From assembly GCA_036172245.1 (NCBI GenBank), contig JAYWIR010000079.1, forward strand, positions 62,001 to 126,000: a stretch of DNA of 64,000 nucleotides, written 5' to 3'. The notes under the pieces are model-generated. The model was not told where the DNA came from and made no database searches. It worked only from the letters and a program-made list of their open reading frames with translations. Source of the stretch: Raillietiella orientalis. Taxonomy: Eukaryota. Position 1 is the stretch's first letter; every line of letters starts with the position of its first letter. Shown here one piece after another: positions 25,813-35,702 of this stretch. The translations under genes and the position numbers were made by a program.

Positions 25813-28800
25813 ATGATAATGATGGATGAAGAACATGGTTTGAAAGAATGTGAAGCTTATGTTCAGAAACATCATATACAACATATACTGAAAGATTGCA
25901 TCGTCCAACTTTGTGTGCTGAAACCAGAGAACCCTTTGGTTTTTATGAGGCAATATTTTCAGAAATTGGAGAAGGTATAAGTCGGAATGATCTGAGTATT
26001 TGCACGGATAAGTGAAATATAAAATATGTGTTGCAATCTTGTATAAACAAATGCTTAAGAACGTGTGCAATAATGTCTCAGAAAATAAAGTAAGATCGAA
26101 TTTTGATCCTCGTCGCGTTCTGTTTGGTATAACATAGGTTGTAACCATAAAGAAAGCCTTTCTTAAGGAAACCATTTTTGTGCTTGAAAAATTGCTCATC
26201 TAACTACCTTTCGCAGAAAAACCAAACAAAACCAAAGAAAACAAAAACCCCCAAAAGTTATATTACACAGTTTGCGGGTAAGAATAATGTAATGAAGCAG
26301 GGAATCGTTGTGTGTGCAAGAAAAGAAAATTTTAATAATTTGTTCTGTTGGATTCTCATATGAGTACGTGTTTCCGTATGCACGTACACGAATAACGCAC
26401 ATTAATGCATCGTGTTTATAAGAATCTCAAAACTGACTTTTAAAATCGTTTGCATTTTAAGTGATAAAAATAATTGTCAAATGAAATATTCGAAAAGAAG
26501 TTGTGATGTTATAGAATCTTATAAATGTTAAGGCAGAAGATTTCTAATCAGACTAAATGACATTAAGTTCTTATTCCAACTGAATGCATAAAGTAAGTGT
26601 TGGTGTGTTATCTTTCAGCCCTTTGACAATTTGTTGGACGTATTACTTTGAACCTAGATTTGTATGACCAATTCTGAGGATAATAGTATAAGTTTTTTTC
26701 ATATGAGATCCGAAGATTTCTGCACAAGGTCATGAAACCAGCTGTAACTTAATGGGAAAATTAGTACGAAAATTCTGTTGCTTTATTATGTCCAGCCCTT
26801 TGTTAAGTGAAATGTTTTTAGAGTACTGTCATCATGCAGACCAATTTCTGTTCAGAAATGTCTTCTTCATAAAATCAGGAAAAAATAAATATCCAGGATT
26901 TAGATAAGTTGATTCACAAAATGGGAGATATTCTTGATTGGTCATAGGGGTATCATGATTAGAATAGCTTGCATTCTTGTTAATTGTTTTATATATCTTT
27001 TAAAGAAGTTATAAATTGTGCCCATATTGTGCATCTTATAGACATTTAAAGTTTCACAATCTGACAGTTAAATACCTGAATTCAATTTATTATGTGGGAA
27101 GCATAGAAAAGCAATTTTTGGCATCCTATCAAAAAATGACTTGTCATCTTATGATAAAGGCAATTAGGAAATTTTTTAATAAAATCATTCTTTGTTGTGA
27201 ACTTTCAAAGAATTATTATTCTTTTCACAATATAGAACCACTTTGCATTTGCATTTGTATGCTTACCCAATAAAATTTTATTAAGGCATAAAATTTGTAC
27301 TTTGTGAAGTCTTGACCATACTTGAAGTTTACAATCTTACTGAAAACATAATCAGATTGCAATCTATGTTTTTAATCCAATTGAGGTTTTTGAAGTGTGT
27401 CTAAAAGTGAGTTTGTGAGCTTTCGATGGAAACAGAATTAGGGATTTTCTTTTGTTTACAACTTTTGAAAATCATGGTTTCAATATTTTGTAATTCAATC
27501 AGTATTCTTGCAAAACATTGTTGCACACCTCACTAAAAATTCAAAATCTAAACTTTTACTTTTTTGATGATTCATTCTAGATTGCTGTTGGTTTTTGCCC
27601 TTTACTATGCAGCCCATCTCCCTACTATAGTTTCTGTTTTAAAATCAGTACGAGAGTTTTAGTCTCAAAGTGAATATCCTTGGTTGTTATTTAGTCTATT
27701 ATTTAGTCCTTGTTGTTCTGGAAGTCCACATTTTGTATCTTGAAAGTATTTCCTTTAATGCCCTAGAGAAGATTCATAGATCTTGGATCTGTTTCAACCA
27801 TAAAAAAATAAGGCTGTTTAAAAACACAGTTTTTGTAATTGTCATGTTGTGATAGGTGTCTAAATGTTACTGTTCAAAATACTCTTTAAGGCTGTAAATT
27901 TGTAATATTTATTCATTATTTGTGTATTTAAATTTTTTTTTAAATTGCCTATTCGTGTGTGTAAGGTGTGTGTGGTTTAATGATTCGAGATTTGTTAATA
28001 TTTAATTATTCCTTTATATAATATAGTTGCATTTATTTGCACTGGTCTGTAAGCTATGTGCCAGGCCATTCAATTCGAACTGTGTAAAAGAAAGTGGAGC
28101 TATTGCATCAGGAAATGTCAAAACGATTTTCATTTTTTTGGCAAAACGTTTTAATTTGTTCCAGTATTTGGAGCGACGTTTAATAGATGTGCAGTTGTGT
28201 TTTTTTTCTTCTCACTTTTAAGTCAGATTTGTTTGAAGTTTTGCAAAATACGCAAAAAGCTATTAAAATGAAGTGTACTTAACTTTTCAAGTAACAAAGA
28301 AAGTACATGTTCTATTTAATGTGACAGTTAATTTCACTTGCAGTTAAGTTTCAAGTGTGCCTAAATCCACGTTTGTTAATTTGGGAAGACTCAAAACCGT
28401 AAAAATGTCAATATAGTACGAATGCAAGTAGTGTTTCCGCCTTCATCGAGTAAAATGTTTTGTTAAAAGTAGCGGTTTTCGCCCGTAAGCTTATGTAGGA
28501 CATCATGATTGCGTATCTTTAATGAAGGTTTTTGCCATTTGCAGTCGAAAAAGTGACCAGGGGTCACATGTGCGTGTTGTGCATTAGATGTACGAGTAAG
28601 AAAAAAAAAAAAAAAAACAGAATTGCTGTATTCAAAAAGAAATTTAGTTCCTTTCTTAACGGGTCAACATCATTATTGCAATTACGATGTGTATTTAACA
28701 TGTGTGTTTGCAGTTGTAGTTGTCCTCTGTGTGTCTCTGCAGTATATAGTAACGAGTTGAAAGACAGATGGATGCATTACTTTAACGGGCAGGTTCCCCT

Positions 28801-31800
28801 AATTGCGAAGAATATCCGTTAGACGTTATGCAATTTTCAACATTTACCTGGAAATTAGTGCTTATGCCCACATTAGGAATGGTGTAATGACGAAGCTTTC
28901 AGAAATATTTGAATACAAACACAGAGCATCAGAAAGTGTTTTGCATGGTAAATTCGTATGCCTTAGACATTTAGGGTCTTTTCGTTCAAAGACGACAACG
29001 TAATTTTTTGCAGGACCGTATCAGTAGAGGGAAATGTAGAACAAAGGGGAGTACTGTTCCGTCGAAGTAGCAAATTGCCTTCTCGTTTCGTTGTCTAATT
29101 AGAATTCTCTATGTTGTTGTTTCAGCATTTCCATTCAAATGAAATCTAGCAAAATATATCCATAAGACTGCAAATAAGGTTTATTATTATTTTTTTTTGC
29201 CAAGTCTCATCGCTATATTCTTTTTGATTCGTTATGTTTTCCGTATTTTAGTGGGGGGGGGGGGGGAATCACTTTTCAATGATCAACAAACTTTGTTGAT
29301 AATCTTAATGCATTTGCTTCCAGTGCTGAAAGCACGCTTCTCTTCAGTATCAATGGTCATGAAAGCAAAGCTATAGGATGGATTTTTGAATTTAACACTG
29401 AATTCGTCCTACTCCGCCCAAAACCTTTTGGGGGGGGGGGGGGCATGTTTTTTCTTTCTTTTTTCGTTTTTTGTAAAAAAGGCCACAAATAGTTGGTTCG
29501 TTAACGATGAGGTCAACAAGAGTTTTGTTTCTAAGTGCTTATTTAAGTTTTCGATTGCTTCAAAATTTTTTCATGACCCAGTGGAATACAGTTTTCCAGG
29601 AATGTGTTTCGTTTTGAACTCTGTTTTTGTAAGGTTTTTTTTTCTTCTTCTTCCTCTTCCTCTTCGTCTTTTTGCAATGCTGATCCTGCGGTGCGGTTGT
29701 GCTGCAATGTCCACCCCGTTTTATAATTTTGTGCATATTTAGTGAATATTTTTTATTCTCGTTTTGGTTCGTATGACGACGGTGAGAGTCGGAGAATCTT
29801 TTATTCATCAGTATTTGAAGGCTGAGCTAAGAGATTAAAGCACAGCCTCAGCAAAGCTATGAAACCAGTATCCCGGTCAGTGGGTTTTTTGTTTGGTAGT
29901 GCAAACGGTGAGATGCCGAACAAGATTTACAGCTTTTGACAGCACTTTTTCCCTGCGAACGAGCGAGTTGCGAAGATAAATCCTACTTGGAGGAGGAAAA
30001 TGAACGCATCGTCTGGTTAATGATTTGAAATGGCTGCGCAGGCAAACTGCTCTGCGAGGTCTTGATATCGAATTTTTCCATGGAGTCTATTGTTCATGTG
30101 CGGAAGCTGCTCCGTGTGCTCTCAATTAAAGTACTTTTGTGTTCCTCGGAACTGTTCGTGACGGTGCTTTGATATGAAACAAAATGCTATGCATACCTTG
30201 AGAAATTCCAGGTTTTGCACTTCTTTGCCATGAATTACCATTTAGTAGCTTCGCATCCGTTAGTTATTTGAGTGAATGGGTAATAAGGTTAGCTTCGGAC
30301 ATCCAAATGTTTTTCGGAATATCATTGACAGAGAAAGAAATGCGTTTTCCAGGGGCTCTCTCTCTAAATCCAACGCTCCTTCTGTCCATAAGGTGAGTTT
30401 TGTTTCCATGAAAGCTAAGCATATGTGTACACTTCACGCAATATAGTGCCCATATGTAAAAAGCTGTTTTGTATAATACGTGCGTGAAACAACCTGCGGA
30501 TGTACACACGCGTGTGTGTGTATATCTTAATTATTAATGAAATTGTAAAAAATTCAGGGGGTGGGGAGGGGACAGGGATTTGCTGATTTGATGATGTTTC
30601 TTGTAAGCAGCTTTCAGTTGTAGGTCAAAGTTGTCAGACGTTTCTCCGCATTCTGTACAGCGCAGGCTGAACACGGTGTTATTGGGCATGCCGTTCAGAG
30701 ATTTCTTTGAAAAAAAAACAACAAACAAAATGATGTCGATTTTTATTTATTTCATTAAATTGATTTCGAGATTATAGATTAGACTGCACGATCAAGTTTA
30801 TTATTTGCATATGAATTTAGTAGGCTTTCGCTTTTTCATCCTGTAGTCATGCTGTGTTTCATTTTTTTCACTGATTCTGATCGTCAGTGATCAAAATGAT
30901 CATAATGAGTAAGGAATTATAACTTTCGAAAGCGATTGTAGTAGTATCGAGTCATACTGTTCGTAGTAGTAGTAGTAGTAGTAGTAGTAGTGTGTCAATT
31001 TTTGTGCGCATGAACTCTTCCTAGTAAATGCGTTTATTCACGAGTATGATTGCTAAGTGGATTAAAAGTTTGCCTTTTTTTTTTTTCTATTGCCCGAGTC
31101 GATTTCCAGATTTCTTTGAAGAGTTTATATTTCCTTACAGTCTACCGAATTACATGATATTGATGACTATGCAGTTCAGAATGTTCAAGATTTAATTCGC
31201 GATGAAAAATGAAATTTTCATCTTTCGTTTGTCCTTTTGGAAAATGGAAGTATTAGTCGGAATGACCTCAATATGAAAAGATAATTTTAAAGTATATGTC
31301 AAGAATTGCAATTAATTTCGCTCCATGCATGCTTTTTCTTTTTCTTTAATGTAAAAAGAAAGAATCGTAAAATGAATAATGGAACAAGTGAACTAATAGA
31401 TGGACACAAAAATAAATGGGAACAATATTGAAGACTGTGTACATAGAATCACAATACAGTATTTTATCTTCTCGAATGAACAGTGTTGAACGTTGCATTA
31501 TTTTTCTATCTCCCCCGCTCCCCCCCCCTTTCTATCAAGGTAGGAGTGAATGGAAAGTGTATGTGCACGTAAAAGTGTTCATTTGATAGTTCTTGTGCAG
31601 TCTGTGATTTTTCATGCTGCATATCCTTGACTTCCGTGTTCGTGTTTCCAAAGAAATTCTAAAGAATTTGTGAATCATCAGCCAATGCGTGACAAAAGTT
31701 GGGATTTTTTCTTGTAATTTTATGTTAATTACATGGCAGTATTTGCAATCATGCAAAAATGAGATAATATTTGTTTGTGTGATCGAAACTGTAATGCATA

Positions 31801-34009
31801 TTTCTGTCCACCTTTTTTTTTTTTTTTTTTTTAATCGTGTATCAAATTCTTTTTCATTAGAATTATACCAAGAATTAGCGCATGCAGATTTTTTTTTTAA
31901 AATGTGATTGATGCAAACACTGTGTGTGGTAGAAGGAAATAATAATTCAGTGTTTGTAATGCTCGATGAGTAAGCGTGCAGTGTGTGAATCGCAATTTCT
32001 GCAATTGTGTTTTTCTCGCAGTAAGCAAAGGAAAATGTTGGCATTTTTCCAATTTTGTGCATTAATGGTATTATGACGACCAATTATTATTAGTGGCAAT
32101 TGTATTTTAAGGAAAAAGTTTGCTTCTTTTGAAGTTTTCTCAGCACTTTGCATGCAAAATACTAGCTAGCCTACGAAAGCATGCATCATCCAAGTGTTCT
32201 GTAGTTTTATACATTCAAGTAACATATGAATATGAAAGTATCTGATAGTTCATGGAGACAATTATCAGCAATTTTACTAATATGTATAAGCATATACCCC
32301 CCGTATTGCGACTGTGTCTTAGTGTGACTAATTTAAACAGTTATATTTTGAGAGTTACTTTTACAGAAAAGTACCAGCAGCTATGGTTTCACTGATTACG
32401 CAGTGCTTTTGCAAATGTTTTACGTAATTGGTGAATGTCATTGCTTGCTTTCTGTGTCTTGTATTTTAATTCATTTCGCAAACATTTCTGATTGAATTTT
32501 AATTTCTGCATAGATTTTTAAGATTTTACATTTTCTAACCGTTATATTTTTGAAACTGTGGATTTGTAACGCAAAATCTCCACAATCATGGTGAGTGCAC
32601 TTTTTTTTTTTCTTTTCGTCGAAGTTTCAAGTTGTCACGATGTAGAAAGTAATAAATCGGTTCTTAAGCATGATTCCATTGTATTCATGTTTTTATGATA
32701 GTAAACAGTACCTGTGTAGTGGTACCACGACGTTAGGTTGGAATTTTTTATTATTGCATATTCTTTACATGATTTCAATTTTTGTAGCCAATTTGTGTAG
32801 CATTCAAAGTCTTTAGATAGTCATGGATATAATTTATTTAGTAATGTGCAATGCTTTCAAGGATCAAAATTGATGAGGTATTAGGAGTAGTTGTGTTAAT
32901 GAATCATTTCAGGAGGCATCTGTCGCATCAAAACTTTCAACATCTGCCGAAGATGCTGATGATTTAAGTCCAGTGCCAGCTCAGGTGCATCAGTCCTCAT
33001 GGAGACGGGGAGGAATTTCTGCAGAGCCAATGACAGAAGAAGATGCTGCAACATATGTAAAAAAAGTACATTACTCTATTTTGTTCCTTTTCAGGTTTTG
33101 AATTTTGGTATCCCTTTTAGGTTGTTCCCAAAGATTACAAAACCATGCAAGCATTAGCAAAGGCAATCGACAAGAATGTTTTATTTTCTCATCTAGATGA
33201 AAATGAAATGTCAGATATATTTGATGCCATGTTTCCAGCAAATTTTGTACAAGGTGAAACTATTATTGAGCAAGGAGAAGAAGGGGATAATTTTTACATT
33301 ATAGATCAAGGGGAAGTAGAGGTAAGTAATGTTTCATAATATCATCAGGATTGTAATCTGTTCACAGGTATTTGTAAATGGGAATTTAGTCACTACTATA
33401 AGTGAAGGAGGTAGTTTTGGTGAGTTGGCTCTGATCTATGGAACTCCTCGGGCTGCAACAGTTAAAGCTAAAACAAACTGCAAACTTTGGGCAATTGACA
33501 GAGACACATATCGTCACATTCTGATGCGGAGTACTATCTGCAAGCGCAAACTCTATGAAGCATTTCTTTCTCGTGTGTCTATACTTGGTATGAAGGGATT
33601 AATGCTGATGTGTATTAAAGTTTTTTACTTAGAAAATTTGGATAAATGGGAGCGATTAACCATAGCTGATGCTTTGGAACCTGTGTCCTTCAAAGATGGT
33701 GAAGTGATTGTGAAACAGGGTGATCCAGGAAGTGATTTCTTTATCATTTTGGATGGGACTGTCACTGTTCTACAACAGCGAGCAGAGGGAGAAGAGCCAA
33801 TTGAAGTTGGAAAACTTGGTCCATCTGATTACTTTGGAGAAATTGCTTTGATGCTTGATCGTCCTCGAGCTGCAACTGTTGTTGCTAAAGGCCCATTGAA
33901 ATGTTTAAAATTAGACCGTGCTAGATTTGAGCGTGTACTAGGCCCATGTGTGGATATTCTCAAGAGAAATATCCAAAAATACAATAGTTATGTCTCATTG
34001 TCTGTGTGA
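25813..34009 (+). CDS. Pka-R1: cAMP-dependent protein kinase type I regulatory subunit (PRKAR1/Pka-R1/kin-2 orthologue), 5 coding exons, ~370 aa
   Basis: Exons 25813-25974 (D/D domain [23 protein letters not shown] with both RI-type cysteines), 32913-33065 (pseudosubstrate RRGGISAE), 33121-33321, 33368-33587 ([15 protein letters not shown]), 33633-34009 ([15 protein letters not shown]; ends YNSYVSLSV*). Phases are consistent (1113 nt). Confidence 0.97.
29253..29443 (+). repeat. Two G14 homopolymer tracts (G-quadruplex-capable) in PKA-R intron 1
   Basis: G14 at 29253-29266 and G14 at 29430-29443. Confidence 0.8.
30276..30392 (+). CDS. Pka-R1: Putative alternative first coding exon of PKA-R encoding an N-myristoylation motif ([39 protein letters not shown])
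   Basis: In-frame TGA immediately before the ATG, 39 stop-free codons, and a consensus donor AAG|GTGAGT at 30393 in phase 0, matching the phase-0 acceptor at 32913. Confidence 0.7.
30963..30991. repeat. (GTA)9 microsatellite
   Basis: Perfect gta tandem repeat read directly. Confidence 0.9.
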
Positions 34010-34482
34010 ATGGCAATGCATGATAAGTAATGTTGCCCACTGGCTGGGCTGTGATTTTGTTGTGCCTCCATGTTCTGTATTCTCTGTGGCAGCTTGTAAT
34101 GCACTGTAGCTTTGAGAATGTCTTTGATCTGATTACTGTGTAGCAGATCAAGAATATGACAATAAAGTCTCAGCTTGAGTGCATTCAGTATTTGGAAGTA
34201 CTGTTTTTATGATGTAGAAATATGACAATGCTTGTTCTACAGGTGCAGTTGTTTTTATAAATAGAATAGCAGTTTAGCCATTAAAGCGTATTAAATTATA
34301 GAATCACAATAGCCACTTGTATAAGTATGTGTAATGTTTTTCCAACTTTGTGTAATTTATGTACATAAAAAAAAAATAGCCTCCTGTATAATTTCAAAAG
34401 TATAATTTAAAGATTAAAGATACAGGCATTTTTGTTTTCATTTACGTATTCTTTATTCTTGTTGTCTAAACTAAAGTGAAAC

Positions 34483-34488
34483 AATAAA
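34483..34488 (+). terminator. Candidate polyadenylation signal of PKA-R
   Basis: AATAAA ~470 nt after the stop codon with T-rich downstream sequence. Confidence 0.4.
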
Positions 34489-35643
34489 ATTATTAACATG
34501 AGTTTTCTTGTAAAATTCATTTTAAGTACCATGATTTGTTTTTATTGTAATGATTTATGTTTTGTACTGATTTTCTATTTCTGAAGAATTATTTTGATTT
34601 CTCCATTTCTTAAGTCAGTAGACGTCCAACATTTCATTCTGTTAAAATTGTGGTAATTGCACAACGAAATGCATAGTTTTTCTCGAATACATTTCGTATT
34701 CTTTAAACAAGAATGCACTACAAAGCTATATTTGTCAGTTGTGTACAAAAGCAGGTCTTAAATGCACTTGCAGATCTATTTCCGAAAAATGCCACCATCT
34801 CAACTTACAAGCATACCATTTAAAAATAGCTTTAGTAGAATTAGTGATTCCTTCTATGAGGTCATAACGAATGAGGCTAATAAGAACAGTAATCACCTAC
34901 TGTAGTTTCAAAAATATGTTTGACGCACAGTTTTCAATAGCAACATTTGCAGCGCTTGGATTTCTTGTAAGCAGATGTCGTGCGTGAATTCATCACGGAA
35001 AATTACATATTTTGTTAACGGCTTCCTGAAAACCGGGAATGTTTGCTGAGTATGGTGAAACTGTTTTTCCATTTCATTTCCCCGCATACGTAGGGGAATG
35101 CAATGCGATATTTAACACTCGTTATCCACCTACATACGATGCGTCAGAACGGAAAAAAAGTGTCTCTTGTAAAAAATTTTTTACATCAATTCCGGAGGTG
35201 TTATGCTCATTCTTTTTGATTCCCCCCTCCCCCTCCCCCTCCCCCCCCCCCCCAATGTATATCGGACATAGTCACCCGCAAGCAAAAGGAGCACGCAAAC
35301 ACTAAACTAGATTAAGCCACGAATTGTTTGCGTTTCGCCAGAATTTGCTTCCTAATTACATTTGTGCTATTAAAATTGCTTTCGACAGAACTTTGGAAAA
35401 AGTGTCCAATTTGAGAGAGCAGTGCATGCCGATTTGCACCGTAAGTCCTTGTGGTGTTCTTTGTTTCACAGTTTTTTTAATTTTATTTTGGAGGGGAATT
35501 TTTTTTTTTTTTTTCCGAGTGCAAATTCGCATATAGATTGCAGTAAATAATTTTTAGACAAATCCGGGAAATTTTAAAGTAAACGCGTAGGAATCGACTC
35601 GAGTCCTCGAAGAATTCGTGATTCGTTTACGTTGTCGGGAAGC

Positions 35644-35645
<2 letters not shown>

Positions 35646-35700
<55 letters not shown>
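35646..35700. repeat. (GA)n microsatellite (~22 perfect units) continuing into a purine-rich tract
   Basis: Read directly; it accounts for the spurious ERERER / LSLSLS ORFs. Confidence 0.95.

Positions 35701-35702
<2 letters not shown>

Noticed and set aside
26584..26598. ATG CAT AAA|GTAAGT as a further PKA-R micro first exon
   Set aside because: Phase is compatible but there is no supporting context; easily chance in AT-rich intron sequence
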